64,000 nt of DNA from Casimicrobiaceae bacterium (GTDB taxonomy: Bacteria; Pseudomonadota; Gammaproteobacteria; Burkholderiales; Casimicrobiaceae): assembly GCA_035937415.1 (NCBI GenBank), contig DASZIB010000059.1:13199-77198 (forward strand). Reading direction: 5' to 3'. The translations under genes and the position numbers were made by a program. Shown piece after piece: positions 43,640-53,916 of this stretch. The notes below the pieces were generated by a model. It was given only the letters and a program-made list of their open reading frames with translations, did not search any database and was not told the origin of the DNA. The stretch's first letter is position 1, and every line of letters begins with the position of its first letter.

Positions 43640-45007
43640 ATGCATCTGCACATACTCGGCATCTGCGGTACCTTCATGGGCGGTCTCGCCGCCATCGCGC
43701 GCGCGGCGGGCCACACGGTAACCGGGTGCGACGCCAACGTGTACCCGCCGATGAGTACCCAGCTCGCCGGTTTGGGCATCGAATTGACCGAGGGCTACGA
43801 AGTTGCGCAGCTCGAAAATGTCGCGCGGCAGGCCGACGTGTTCGTCATTGGCAACGCGATTTCGCGCGGCAATCCGCTATTGGAGGCGATTCTTGACAGC
43901 GGGCGACGCTACACCTCGGGGCCGCAATGGCTTTCCGACGCAGTGCTACGCGAGAAATGGGTGCTTGCCGTCGCCGGCACGCACGGCAAGACAACCACGA
44001 CCGCGCTGCTGGCGTGGATCCTCGACCAGGCAGGACTCGATCCCGGCTTCCTGATCGGCGGGGTTGCGACGGACTTCGGCGTTTCGGCGCGGCTCACCGA
44101 CGGCCCGTTTTTTGTCATCGAGGCAGACGAGTACGACACCGCGTTCTCCGACAAGCGCGCGAAGTTCGTTCACTACCGGCCACGCACTGCGATTCTCAAC
44201 AATCTCGAATACGATCATGCCGACATTTTCCCGGATCTGGCCGCGATCGAAACGCAGTTCCACCACTTCGTGCGCACAGTACCGCGCCATGGACGGCTCC
44301 TCGTCAACGGTTCCGACGACAACCTGCAGCGTGTGCTGGCGCACGGTTGCTGGAGCGAAATCGAGCGTTTCCGCCTGGCCGAGAGCGCGGGCGTCGGCGC
44401 CGATTGGACCATCTCCGGCGAAGGTGTGATCAAGTTTGGCGGCGCGCCGCAGGGTACGCTCTCGCCGTTCGCCCTTGGCGGCCAGCACAACCGCCTGAAC
44501 GCATTGGCAGCGATCGCCGCCGCACGCCATGTCAGCGTGCCGGTGCGGGAGAGCCTTGCGGCGCTTGCGGTTTTTCGGGGCGTGAAGCGACGCATGGAAG
44601 TGCTCGGCACGGTCGGCGGCATCACGGTCTACGACGATTTCGCGCACCATCCCACCGCGATTGCGGCGTCGCTGGAAGGCCTGCGGCGACAGGTCGGCAC
44701 GGCCAGGATCCTTGCAGTCCTTGAGCCGCGCTCGGCGACCATGAAGCGTGGCACGATGAAGGACGCGCTCGCCGGCAGCCTCGCCATGGCGGATCTGGTG
44801 TTCTGTCTTGCGGCGCAGCTGAGCTGGGATGCCGCGGCGTGGCTCAGGCCCCTGGAGGGCCGCGTGTACACGAGCGCAGACCTCGGCGCATTGACCGACG
44901 CGATCGTCGCGGCAGCAAAGCCGGGGGACCATGTGGTGATAATGAGCAACGGCGGATTCGGCGGCATTCACGACAAGCTCCTGCGCCGGTTCGGCGCGCC
45001 GGAATGA
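43640..45007 (+). CDS. mpl: UDP-N-acetylmuramate:L-alanyl-gamma-D-glutamyl-meso-diaminopimelate ligase
   Basis: MHLHILGICGTFMGGLA...VAGTHGKTTTT; Mur-ligase organisation; 455 aa. Confidence 0.92.
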   Translation: MHLHILGICGTFMGGLAAIARAAGHTVTGCDANVYPPMSTQLAGLGIELTEGYEVAQLENVARQADVFVIGNAISRGNPLLEAILDSGRRYTSGPQWLSDAVLREKWVLAVAGTHGKTTTTALLAWILDQAGLDPGFLIGGVATDFGVSARLTDGPFFVIEADEYDTAFSDKRAKFVHYRPRTAILNNLEYDHADIFPDLAAIETQFHHFVRTVPRHGRLLVNGSDDNLQRVLAHGCWSEIERFRLAESAGVGADWTISGEGVIKFGGAPQGTLSPFALGGQHNRLNALAAIAAARHVSVPVRESLAALAVFRGVKRRMEVLGTVGGITVYDDFAHHPTAIAASLEGLRRQVGTARILAVLEPRSATMKRGTMKDALAGSLAMADLVFCLAAQLSWDAAAWLRPLEGRVYTSADLGALTDAIVAAAKPGDHVVIMSNGGFGGIHDKLLRRFGAPE

Positions 45008-45585
45008 CGCGCATCGCGTACCTGCACGGATTCAACAGCGGTCCCATATCAATGAAGGGGCAACAATTGGGGCACGCGATCGCGGCGCTGCCGGCGGCGC
45101 AGCGACCGGAATATTTCCTGCCGCAGCTAACGCATCGGCCGGCGGCGGCGGTGCAAGCGGCCAGCCGTTGGGCAGAGAGTGGAGATTCGCAACGACTGAC
45201 CTTTGTCGGCAGCTCACTGGGCGGTTTCTACGCGACGCATCTTGCGGAGGCACACGGCGCGAAGGCGGTATTGATCAATCCGGCGCTACATCCCGAGCGC
45301 GATCTTGCCGCGTATATCGGGTTGCAGCGCAACCCGGCCACCAGTGAGGAGTACGAACTCACCACCGAGCATTTCGCGGAATTCGCGGCGTTGAAGGTCG
45401 AGCGCATCAGAGATCCGGAGCGCTATCTCCTGCTCGTCCAGACAGGCGACGAGCTGCTCGACTACCGGCAGGCCGTGGCGTTCTACGCCGGCGCCTGGCA
45501 GTACGTTCAAGGCGGGGGCGATCACGCCTATCGCGCCTTCGCCGAGCAGATTCCACTGGTCCTGCGCTTTGCCGGGGTCGATTGA
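45004..45585 (+). CDS. yqiA: Esterase YqiA (UPF0227 alpha/beta hydrolase)
   Basis: YLHGFNSGP...GSSLGGFYAT...QTGDELLDYRQAVAFY...GGDHAF, colinear with E. coli YqiA as recalled. The start overlaps the mpl stop (ATGA). Confidence 0.85.
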   Translation: MTRIAYLHGFNSGPISMKGQQLGHAIAALPAAQRPEYFLPQLTHRPAAAVQAASRWAESGDSQRLTFVGSSLGGFYATHLAEAHGAKAVLINPALHPERDLAAYIGLQRNPATSEEYELTTEHFAEFAALKVERIRDPERYLLLVQTGDELLDYRQAVAFYAGAWQYVQGGGDHAYRAFAEQIPLVLRFAGVD

Positions 45586-45608
45586 ACGCCATCGGGTAAC
45601 ATCGAGTC

Positions 45609-46931
45609 ATGTCTCCCGACGCGGCGACCGCGAACGCGACCGGCATCGAGCAACGGCGCTCGCTCTGGCGCGCGACCGCGCCGCTCGCGCCGGCCACCAC
45701 GGCGCTCGAGGGACCTGCCGAGGCAGACGTGGTCGTCGTCGGCGCCGGCTATACGGGGCTTTCTTGTGCGCTCGCGCTTGCCGAAGCAGGCCGCACGGTG
45801 ATCGTGCTCGAGGCCGGTGACATCGGACACGGGGCGTCGGGGCGCAACGGCGGACAGGTGATTCCGGGACTCAAGCACGACCCTGACGAGCTGGTCGCGC
45901 GGTTCGGCCGTGAGCGTGGCGAAGCGCTGGTGCGGCTGGCCGGCGGCGCCGCAGACCGCGTTTTCGCACTGATCGCGAAATACCACATCGATTGCGCGGC
46001 GGCGCAGTGCGGCTGGATTCAGCCGGCGCACTCGGCCGCAGCAGCGCAGACGATTATCAAGCGCACCCGGCAATGGGTGACGCGCCGGGCACCGGTCGAA
46101 TTGCTCCCGCGCGAACGGCTGGCATTGCTTCTGGGTACCGAAACCTACGCTGCCGGCTGGCTCGACCGCCGTGCCGGCGCGCTACAGCCGCTCTCGTACG
46201 CACGCGGGCTCGCCCGCGCGGCGTTGAACCTCGGCGCACGCGTGCATACGAGGTCTCCGGCAACGCAGATCGTCCGTGACCACGAAACGTGGATTGCGAC
46301 GACACCTCGGGGCGAGGCGCGGGCGCGACAGGTCGTTCTCGCCACCGATGCCTACTCGGATGCGCTGTGGCCCGAGCTCGCCGCCAACCAACTTGTCGTC
46401 AGCAGCGTCCAGATCGCGACCGATCCCCTGCCCGAGCTCGTCCGGCGTACTATCCTGCCCGGCGGCACGACGGTCTCCGACACCCGCAAGCTTCTGTACT
46501 ATTTCCGCCTCGATGCCGATGGACGCTTTCTCATCGGCGGCCGGGGGTCGGTGACGGATACGGTCGCGGAGAGCGTGTACGCGGGATTGCAGCGCTTTGC
46601 GGCACGGGTGTATCCGCGGCTTGCCGGCATGGAATGGCCGTATCGCTGGTACGGCCGCGTCGGAATCACGCGCGACGGGCTGCCGCATCTCGCCGAAGTC
46701 GCCCCCGGCGTGTGGACAGCGCTCGGCTATTGCGGCCGCGGTGTGGCGATGGCAACGACAATGGGACTGTTGCTCGCCGAGATATTGAACGGCGGCCGCC
46801 CGGCATATCCGGTGGCGGCGCTCAAGCCGATACCGCTGCGGACGCTGCGCCGACCGCAGCTGCGGGCCGCTATCGCGTACTATCGGGTCCATGATGCAGT
46901 GTCACAGGCCTACCGAGGGAGACGTCCATGA
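45609..46931 (+). CDS. FAD-dependent oxidoreductase (DAO family, PuuB/OrdL-like)
   Basis: Dinucleotide fold DVVVVGAGYTGLSCALALAEAG...GASGRNGG. 440 aa. Confidence 0.85.
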   Translation: MSPDAATANATGIEQRRSLWRATAPLAPATTALEGPAEADVVVVGAGYTGLSCALALAEAGRTVIVLEAGDIGHGASGRNGGQVIPGLKHDPDELVARFGRERGEALVRLAGGAADRVFALIAKYHIDCAAAQCGWIQPAHSAAAAQTIIKRTRQWVTRRAPVELLPRERLALLLGTETYAAGWLDRRAGALQPLSYARGLARAALNLGARVHTRSPATQIVRDHETWIATTPRGEARARQVVLATDAYSDALWPELAANQLVVSSVQIATDPLPELVRRTILPGGTTVSDTRKLLYYFRLDADGRFLIGGRGSVTDTVAESVYAGLQRFAARVYPRLAGMEWPYRWYGRVGITRDGLPHLAEVAPGVWTALGYCGRGVAMATTMGLLLAEILNGGRPAYPVAALKPIPLRTLRRPQLRAAIAYYRVHDAVSQAYRGRRP

Positions 46932-47704
46932 CGATGCACCGCACGATTGGCTTGCTTAGTCACGCGCCGGCAGTCGCGGCGCTGGCAATACTTGCCTATA
47001 GCGGCCTTTGCTGCGCCCAGGCTCCGACCTACAACGTTGGATCGACGCCGACTGGCATTCCATTCACGTTCCTCGACGTCAAGACCAACACGATACAGGG
47101 AGCGATGGTTGATCTCATCACCGCGATCGGCGACGACGCCGGCTTCAAGGTCAACGTACAGGCGACGCCTTTCTCCGCGCTGATCCCCTCGCTTACCAGC
47201 AACAAGATCGACATCATCGCCGCGGCGATGCTTATCACCGGGCCACGCAAGGAAGTGATCGATTTCAGTGACCCGGTGTTTCCGTATCCCGAGGGCATGG
47301 TCGTCAGCGTCGATGACAATACGCCGTATAAATCGCTCAGTGATCTCAAGGGGCAGGTCGTCGGCGCGCAAGTTGGCACGGTCTACATCGAGTTCCTGAG
47401 AAGGAACGGCGAGTTCGCCGACGTCAAGGTCTACGATTCGCTGGCGGACATCCTGCGCGATGTCAGTCTCGGCCGCATCAAGGCCGGCTTCGGCGACGCT
47501 CCGATCCTCAAGTATCAGTTGTCGCAGAACACGGGGTTCAAGGCGAAGCTGGTGCCGACCTACGAACCGAAGATGACTGGCAGCGTAGGCATTGGCGTGC
47601 GCAAGACCGACGCGGAGCTGCTGAAGAAAATCAACGTGGCGCTGGCCAAGCTGCAAGCCAACGGTGCGCTCGACAGGATCCTGGTCAAGTGGAGCCTGAA
47701 ATAA
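46928..47704 (+). CDS. Polar amino-acid ABC transporter substrate-binding protein (family 3)
   Basis: Signal peptide plus a typical SBP3 pattern (GIPFTF...IDIIAAAM.IT..R...IDFSDP). The start overlaps the upstream stop (ATGA). Confidence 0.88.
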   Translation: MTMHRTIGLLSHAPAVAALAILAYSGLCCAQAPTYNVGSTPTGIPFTFLDVKTNTIQGAMVDLITAIGDDAGFKVNVQATPFSALIPSLTSNKIDIIAAAMLITGPRKEVIDFSDPVFPYPEGMVVSVDDNTPYKSLSDLKGQVVGAQVGTVYIEFLRRNGEFADVKVYDSLADILRDVSLGRIKAGFGDAPILKYQLSQNTGFKAKLVPTYEPKMTGSVGIGVRKTDAELLKKINVALAKLQANGALDRILVKWSLK

Positions 47705-47744
47705 TCGGGACCGGCTAAAGCCACGCCGGCGCGCGACCGGGCCG

Positions 47745-48398
47745 ATGCGGACGTTCCTTCGCGACGCGCAGGATTTCCTCCCGATCCTGGGCCAGGGATG
47801 CGTCGTCACCATCGAACTCACGCTCTGCGCGCTGGTGCTTTCCACCCTGCTCGGCTTCGTGTGGGCGCTGCTGCGCCTGTCGCCGATACGCGCTCTTTCC
47901 TGGTCGGCGATCGCGCTCATCACGATCATTCGCGGCATTCCGATCCTGGTGCAGCTGTTCTACATCTACTTCGTCCTGCCGGATCTGGGCATTCAGCTCT
48001 CGGCATTCCAGGCCGGATTCATCGGCCTCGGCATCGCCTATTCCGCCTACCAGGCGGAGAACTTCCGCGCTGGTATCGAGGCGGTCGATCCCGGCCAGAT
48101 CGAGGCCGCACAGTCGCTCGGCATGCGCCCGGCGCTGGTAATGCGCCGCGTGGTTCTGCCGCAGGCGATACGCGTGTTCTTGCCACCGTACGGCAACACC
48201 ATGATCATGATGCTCAAGGACTCCTCGATCGCCTCGGCAATCACCGTCGCGGAGCTCACGCGCGGCGGGCAGCTCATCGCCGCGTCGACGTTCAAGAACA
48301 TGACCGTATTCACACTCGTCGCCCTGCTCTATCTTGCGATGAGCCTGCCGCTGACCTATCTCGCGCACCGGCTGGAACGGGCGTTTGGGCGGCGATGA
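47745..48398 (+). CDS. Polar amino-acid ABC transporter permease (HisM/GlnP type)
   Basis: EAA-loop region ([23 protein letters not shown]). 217 aa. Confidence 0.88.
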   Translation: MRTFLRDAQDFLPILGQGCVVTIELTLCALVLSTLLGFVWALLRLSPIRALSWSAIALITIIRGIPILVQLFYIYFVLPDLGIQLSAFQAGFIGLGIAYSAYQAENFRAGIEAVDPGQIEAAQSLGMRPALVMRRVVLPQAIRVFLPPYGNTMIMMLKDSSIASAITVAELTRGGQLIAASTFKNMTVFTLVALLYLAMSLPLTYLAHRLERAFGRR

Positions 48399-49126
48399 TT
48401 TCAGTTCGCAACGTCGGCAAGGCGTATGGAACGCAACGCGTGCTCGACGATGTCAGCCTCGAGGTGGACAAGGGCGAGGTGGTCTGCGTCATCGGGCCAT
48501 CGGGTTCGGGCAAATCGACGCTGCTCCGCTGCATCAACGGCCTCGAGGGCTATGACGAGGGCGAAATCGCGATCGACGGCGCCGCGGTGCTTCACAAACA
48601 CAAGTCGATCCACGCCCTGCGCAGCGAAGTCGGCATGGTGTTCCAGCGCTTCAACCTATTCCCGCACCGCACCGCGCTGGAGAACGTGATGGAAGGCCCG
48701 GTGCACGTGAAGGGCATGTCCCGCAGTGAAGCAAAAGACCAGGCGGCCGTGCTGCTCGCCAAAGTAGGACTGGGCGAGAAGCTCACCGCGTATCCGGCCA
48801 AACTCTCCGGGGGCCAGCAGCAGCGCGTCGCGATCGCGCGGGCGCTGGCGATGCGGCCGAAGGCGATCCTTTTCGACGAGCCCACCTCCGCACTCGACCC
48901 GGAGCTCGTTGGCGACGTGCTGAAGGTCATGCTCACCCTGGCGCACGAAGGCATGACGATGGTCGTCGTCACGCACGAGATGGGATTCGCCGCCGAAGTG
49001 GCCCGCCGCGTGCTCTTTCTCGACCACGGTCGGGTGATCGAAGAAGGCACCACGCTGCAGATCCTGGCCGATCCCCGGCATGAGCGTACCCGGGACTTTC
49101 TGCAGCGCGTGTTGCGACCGGTCTGA
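48395..49126 (+). CDS. Polar amino-acid ABC transporter ATP-binding protein
   Basis: Walker [25 protein letters not shown], Walker [15 protein letters not shown] 48395 overlaps the permease stop (ATGA). Confidence 0.9.
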   Translation: MISVRNVGKAYGTQRVLDDVSLEVDKGEVVCVIGPSGSGKSTLLRCINGLEGYDEGEIAIDGAAVLHKHKSIHALRSEVGMVFQRFNLFPHRTALENVMEGPVHVKGMSRSEAKDQAAVLLAKVGLGEKLTAYPAKLSGGQQQRVAIARALAMRPKAILFDEPTSALDPELVGDVLKVMLTLAHEGMTMVVVTHEMGFAAEVARRVLFLDHGRVIEEGTTLQILADPRHERTRDFLQRVLRPV

Positions 49127-49248
49127 CCGGCGCGATTGGTGCACCGCAGCAAGCGGAGCGGCACGATCGAAGGTAAACTGACGCACCATGTCCTGGCGAA
49201 GTCGCCTCCCGCTTCGCTCCTGATTCGCCCCGACGGCGAGTCGGAGCC

Positions 49249-49286
49249 GCGCATCCCGTGCGGGTGCGCAATTCCTTCAGTTTTTC
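49249..49286 (+). terminator. Possible intrinsic terminator after the ABC operon
   Basis: An 8-bp stem (one G-U pair) GCGCATCC-CGTGC-GGGTGCGC at 49249-49269, followed by AATTCCTTCAGTTTTT. The T-run is not directly adjacent to the stem, so this is weak. Confidence 0.3.
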
Positions 49287-49375
49287 GCAGTTACGTGGGT
49301 CGCGCTTCCCACAAGGAATCGCTGCCGGAATCGATTTGAACGACCGAGCGATCCTCGGGTCGAAGGAGCAGTGTC

Positions 49376-50662
49376 ATGAAGCCCCAAATCCGAGCCACCG
49401 ACGCTGTTGCCGCCATCGACCCCTCGGGGCCGGCTGCCCCGGTATCGCGACTGATCGAGACCGAGCGCCACTACGGCGCGCGCAACTACGAGCCGCTGCC
49501 CGTGGTGATGGCTCACGGCGAAGGCGTCTGGCTGTGGGACGAGCACGGGCGCCGCTACCTCGACATGCTGTCGGCGTATTCGGCGGTGAGCCACGGTCAC
49601 GCCCATCCGCGCATCGTGCAGGCGTTGATCGCACAGGCGCAACGACTTGCGCTCACCTCGCGTGCGGTTCACACCGACAAGCTGCCGCCGCTCCTCAAAC
49701 GTCTCACCGAACTGACCGGGCTCGACCGCGCTCTGCCCGTCAACACCGGCGTCGAAGCGGTTGAGACTGCGCTCAAGGCGGCACGCAAGTGGGGCTATCG
49801 CGTCAAGGGCATTCCGAGTGACAAGGCCGAGATCATCGTCTGTGAAAACAACTTTCACGGCCGCTCGATCACGATCGTCGGCTTTTCGTCGGATCCGCAA
49901 TACAGCGACGGTTTCGGGCCCTTCGCGCCCGGATTCAAGCAGATTCCGTTCGGCGACGCGGTCGCGCTCGACGCCGCGATCACTCCGCACACGGCAGCGT
50001 TTCTGGTGGAGCCGATCCAGGGCGAGGGCGGCATCGTCGTTCCCCCCGCCGGTTATCTTGCCGCCTGCGCGCGCATCTGCCGCGAGCAGCGCGTACTGCT
50101 GCTCGCCGACGAGATCCAGACCGGCATGGGCCGCACCGGCAGGTTTCTCGCGTGCGAGCACGAAGGCGTGCGGCCCGATGGCGTCGTCCTCGGCAAGGCG
50201 CTGGGAGGAGGCATGCTGCCGGTCTCTGCGTTCGTGGCGACGCACGAAGTGATGCAGGTCTTCCGCCCCGGCGACCACGGCAGCACCTTCGGCGGCAACC
50301 CGCTGGCGGCCAGCGTGGCGCTCGAGGCGCTCGCTGTCCTTTACGACGAAAAGTTGATCGAGCGTGCCGCGAGTCTGGGCGAGTATCTCGTCACGCAGCT
50401 CAAAACCGTCAAGAGCCCCCTCATTCGCGAGGTTCGCGGCAAGGGACTGTTCATCGGACTCGAAGTCGATGTTCGGCGCATCACCGCGCGGGCGATCGTC
50501 GATCGGTTGTTGGCGCGGGGTCTGGTATCGAAGGATACGCACGGTACCGTGGTGCGCTTCGCTCCCCCGCTGGTTATCGAGCGTCCAGAAATCGACTGGG
50601 CGGTCGAGCAAGTGCGCGCCGTATTCACCGAACTCGGCAACGGCATGCGCCGCGCAGCGTAA
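49376..50662 (+). CDS. rocD: Ornithine--oxo-acid aminotransferase (class III)
   Basis: Near-colinear with B. subtilis RocD as recalled (HYGARNYEPLPVV...LDMLSAYSAVSHGH...VCENNFHGRS...DEIQTGMGRTG...LGKALGGG...GSTFGGNPLA...VRGKGLFIG). Confidence 0.88.
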   Translation: MKPQIRATDAVAAIDPSGPAAPVSRLIETERHYGARNYEPLPVVMAHGEGVWLWDEHGRRYLDMLSAYSAVSHGHAHPRIVQALIAQAQRLALTSRAVHTDKLPPLLKRLTELTGLDRALPVNTGVEAVETALKAARKWGYRVKGIPSDKAEIIVCENNFHGRSITIVGFSSDPQYSDGFGPFAPGFKQIPFGDAVALDAAITPHTAAFLVEPIQGEGGIVVPPAGYLAACARICREQRVLLLADEIQTGMGRTGRFLACEHEGVRPDGVVLGKALGGGMLPVSAFVATHEVMQVFRPGDHGSTFGGNPLAASVALEALAVLYDEKLIERAASLGEYLVTQLKTVKSPLIREVRGKGLFIGLEVDVRRITARAIVDRLLARGLVSKDTHGTVVRFAPPLVIERPEIDWAVEQVRAVFTELGNGMRRAA

Positions 50663-50666
50663 ACAC

Positions 50667-51896
50667 GTGCATCAGACCTGGAGCCATCGCAACGCGTGCA
50701 TGCTGCTCGCGCTGGCCTGTCTTGCGGGCGTGCTCGATGCCGCCGCGCAACCACTCTGGTGCGCGACCGACGACACCCTCCTCTTCGGCAACCGGCAGGT
50801 CGGCAGCTCGACGAGCGCTACCGTGACGATCAGCAACTGCGGCGATCAACCGTGGTCGTTCACCGGCATCAGCATCGATCCCGCCACCGGGCCCGCGTTT
50901 CACGTGAGCCGGAGCTGCGCAAGCGGCCTCACGCTCGCAGCGGGCGCCACGTGCACGGTGACCGTGACCTTCGCCCCCACCGTGCCGGGGCAGACATCCG
51001 GCGGTGTGTGGCTGGATAACACGACCAGCACGCCGCAGCAGCTGCTGGCTTTCTATGGCCGGGGCATCGACGCGCAGGCGGGAACTGCGACGCTGCTTTT
51101 CGCGCCGCCGGCGCTGAACTTCCCACCGCAGTTCGTCGGCAGCCGGTCTCAGGGAATAATCGTGTTGCTGGTCAACCAGGGACCCGCCCCGCTCACGCTC
51201 AGCGCCCTGGTGCTGAACGGGCCGGCTGCGTACGACTACAGCGCGGCCGGGAACTGCAACCTCGGCTCAGCCATCGCGCCGGGCAAGTCATGCACGCTGG
51301 AGCTGGTCTTCGCGCCAGGCGCCTTGGGCGACCGGCCGGCGAATCTGGTGATCGATTCGCCGCAACTGGCGAACCTCGCCATCCTGCCAATCGACGGCAC
51401 CGGGATCTCTACGACCTCGGCCGATGCCGATGTCATCGAGTTTTACTACCCGCCACTCGATACGTACTTCCTCACCGCGTCGGCGGCGGAAGAGGCGTTC
51501 ATCGATGGCGGCGGCGTCGGCGCAGCCTGGGTGCGCACCGGATTTCATTTCCACGCCTGGACGACCGCAAATGTCGCGCCCGACAGCGTACCGGTTTGCC
51601 GTTTCACCGGCGCGCCGAACGTCGGCCCTGATTCGCACTTTTTCACCGGCAACGCGATCGAGTGCGCCCTGGTCAAAGCCAACTCGTACTGGCTCTACGA
51701 GGGCCTCGCGTTCCGCTCGCTGCTGCCGGTGGAGGGTCAGTGTGTCGCGGGGACGCTCCCCGTAATCCGGTTCTACCGGCCCGGAACCACCATCCCCGAG
51801 GTACGGCATCGCTACGTGGTCGACGCGACGGCAGCCGAGCAAATGCGCGCCCTCCGGTGGATCGAGGAAGGCCCGGTCTTCTGTGCGCAACCATAG
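50667..51896 (+). CDS. Secreted protein: two choice-of-anchor-D-like beta-sandwich domains + Cys-containing C-terminal domain
   Basis: GTG 50667 gives the signal peptide MHQTWSHRNACMLLALACLAGVLDAAA (ATG 50700 is an alternative). Two units match the pattern FG...VG..S...V...N.G..P........G......S..C...L..G.SC.V.V.F.P...G. C-terminal domain VIEFYYPPLDTYFLT...VCRFTG...SHFFTGN..EC. Confidence 0.7.
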   Translation: MHQTWSHRNACMLLALACLAGVLDAAAQPLWCATDDTLLFGNRQVGSSTSATVTISNCGDQPWSFTGISIDPATGPAFHVSRSCASGLTLAAGATCTVTVTFAPTVPGQTSGGVWLDNTTSTPQQLLAFYGRGIDAQAGTATLLFAPPALNFPPQFVGSRSQGIIVLLVNQGPAPLTLSALVLNGPAAYDYSAAGNCNLGSAIAPGKSCTLELVFAPGALGDRPANLVIDSPQLANLAILPIDGTGISTTSADADVIEFYYPPLDTYFLTASAAEEAFIDGGGVGAAWVRTGFHFHAWTTANVAPDSVPVCRFTGAPNVGPDSHFFTGNAIECALVKANSYWLYEGLAFRSLLPVEGQCVAGTLPVIRFYRPGTTIPEVRHRYVVDATAAEQMRALRWIEEGPVFCAQP

Positions 51897-51927
51897 CCAC
51901 CGGGACCGCCCGGGGCTAGGATGGCGC

Positions 51928-52821
51928 GTGCCCAAGCCGACACTTGCCGACAAGCTGGTCGTCGCGATCTCGTCGCGGGCGCTGTTCGACCTGTCGGAAA
52001 GCCATCGCATCTTCACCGAGCAGGGCGTCGAAGCCTATCAGCGCTACCAGATCGAGCATGAAGACGAGATCCTCGCCCCGGGGCCCGCGTTCACGCTGGT
52101 CAAGAAGATGCTGCGCCTCAACCGCCCCGACAAGCAATACGTCGAGGTAATCCTGCTGTCGCGCAATTCCGCCGACACGGGCTTGCGCGTCTTCAATTCG
52201 ATCCAGCACTACGGCCTCGGCATCAGCCGCGCGGCGTTCACCAAAGGCGAGCCGACCTCGCGCTACGTGCCGGCCTTCGGGTCACATCTCTTCCTCTCCG
52301 CCGACACCGAAGACGTCAAACGCGCGCTTGACGACGGCTACGCTGCGGCGACGATCTTTCCCAGCGTTTACAAGAACGAGACCGATGAGCTGCGCATCGC
52401 ATTCGACGGCGACGCGGTCATTTTTTCCGACGAGGCCGAGCGCGTGTACCAGTCCGGAGGGCTGGACGCCTTCGCCAAGCGCGAAAGAGCCTCCGCGCGC
52501 GACCCCTTGCCCGGTGGCCCGTTCAAGAAATTCCTGGCCGCGCTGCACCAGATCCAGGCGGACTACCCCGACGACAATAGCCCGATCCGCACTGCGCTGG
52601 TGACCGCGCGCAGCGCACCGGCGCACGAGCGGGTGATCCGCACTCTGCGCGCCTGGAATATCCGCATCGACGAAGCACTTTTCCTCGGCGGCTTGGACAA
52701 GGGCGAGTTTCTGCGTGCGTTCGGCGCCGATTTCTTCTTTGACGATCAGCGCACCCATGTCGAGTCGGCGGCAAAGCACGTCGCCGCCGGCCACGTGCCG
52801 CACGGCGTGGCGAACGAGTAG
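51928..52821 (+). CDS. 5'-nucleotidase (PF06189-type, HAD-like)
   Basis: LVVAISSRALFDLSESHRIF...RIAFDGDAVIFSDEAE...VTARSAPAHERVIRTLRAWNI. GTG 51928 is preceded by AGGA (the GTG 51883 of the ORF track would overlap the upstream gene). Confidence 0.8.
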   Translation: MPKPTLADKLVVAISSRALFDLSESHRIFTEQGVEAYQRYQIEHEDEILAPGPAFTLVKKMLRLNRPDKQYVEVILLSRNSADTGLRVFNSIQHYGLGISRAAFTKGEPTSRYVPAFGSHLFLSADTEDVKRALDDGYAAATIFPSVYKNETDELRIAFDGDAVIFSDEAERVYQSGGLDAFAKRERASARDPLPGGPFKKFLAALHQIQADYPDDNSPIRTALVTARSAPAHERVIRTLRAWNIRIDEALFLGGLDKGEFLRAFGADFFFDDQRTHVESAAKHVAAGHVPHGVANE

Positions 52822-52911
52822 CGCGAAGCCTGGCAGCGGCGGCCGCAAGCGTTGGTCTCCGGGCGAAAGCCCGAGACGGGGACAAGCCGGGGAAGTATCG
52901 GCGCGGCGACC

Positions 52912-53916
52912 CTAGTCGACGATGCGGCCGTAGAAGGGGTACTGCGGATCGTTGTAACCCGGCGTCGAAGGATGCCCGGGCGCGACCAGCGAATCGATAA
53001 GGGCTTCATCGTCTGCATCGAGGGTTTTGCCGACCGCGGCAAGATAAGCGGTCCACTGCTCCAACGTACGCGGTCCCGCGATCACGGCGCTGATGATCCG
53101 GTTGTTAAGCACCCAAGCCAGCGCGAACTGGGTCGCCGTGAGGCCCTTCCGCTCGGCGTGCGCCTTGATCTTCTGCGCCATGGCGATCGATTCGGGGCGG
53201 AACTCCGTTTCCATCATGCGGCTGTCCTTGCGTGCGACCCGCGACCCCGCGGGCGCGTCGGCGCCCGGGATGTATTTGCCGGTAAGCACGCCGCGGGCGA
53301 GCGGACTATAGGGCACGACGCCCAAGCCGTAGTAGTCGCAGGCCGGCAGGAGCTCGACCTCGGGCATTCGATTGAAGGCGTTGTAGTACGGCTGGCAAGC
53401 GACCGGCCGCGGCACGTTAAGCTCGGCGCAGATGCCGACGATCTCGGCGGCGCGCCAGCCGCGATAGTTCGAGATGCCGAAATAGCGGATCTTGCCGGCG
53501 CGAATGAGCTCGCCCATCGCTTCGATCGTCTCGTCGAGAGGGGTCTCCGTGTCGTCCCGATGCAGATAGTAAATGTCGATGTAGTCGGTGGCGAGGCGCT
53601 GTAGGCTGTCTTCGCACGCCTGCATGATCCAGCGGCGCGACAGTCCACCGTCGTGGGGCTTCGCCGTCATCACGTTGCCAACCTTCGTGGCAAGGATCCA
53701 ACGGCGACGGTTGGCGGCAATTGCGGGTCCGACAATCGTTTCCGACGCGCCCTTGGCGTACACGTCGGCGGTGTCGATGAAGTTGACGCCCGCATCGAAT
53801 GCGGAGGCGACAATCCGTTGCGCAGTGGCGGCGTCGGTGCGGTCGCCGAACATCATCGTGCCGAGGCAGATCACCGAGACTTCGAGGCCGGATTCGCCCA
53901 AGCGGCGGAATTCCAT
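52912..53916 (-). CDS. Aldo/keto reductase
   Basis: ATG 53916 (MEFRRLGESGLEVSVICLGTMMFG...FIDTADVYA.G.SE). 334 aa. The long 5' extension in the ORF track is low-complexity. Confidence 0.88.
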   Translation of the reverse strand: MEFRRLGESGLEVSVICLGTMMFGDRTDAATAQRIVASAFDAGVNFIDTADVYAKGASETIVGPAIAANRRRWILATKVGNVMTAKPHDGGLSRRWIMQACEDSLQRLATDYIDIYYLHRDDTETPLDETIEAMGELIRAGKIRYFGISNYRGWRAAEIVGICAELNVPRPVACQPYYNAFNRMPEVELLPACDYYGLGVVPYSPLARGVLTGKYIPGADAPAGSRVARKDSRMMETEFRPESIAMAQKIKAHAERKGLTATQFALAWVLNNRIISAVIAGPRTLEQWTAYLAAVGKTLDADDEALIDSLVAPGHPSTPGYNDPQYPFYGRIVD

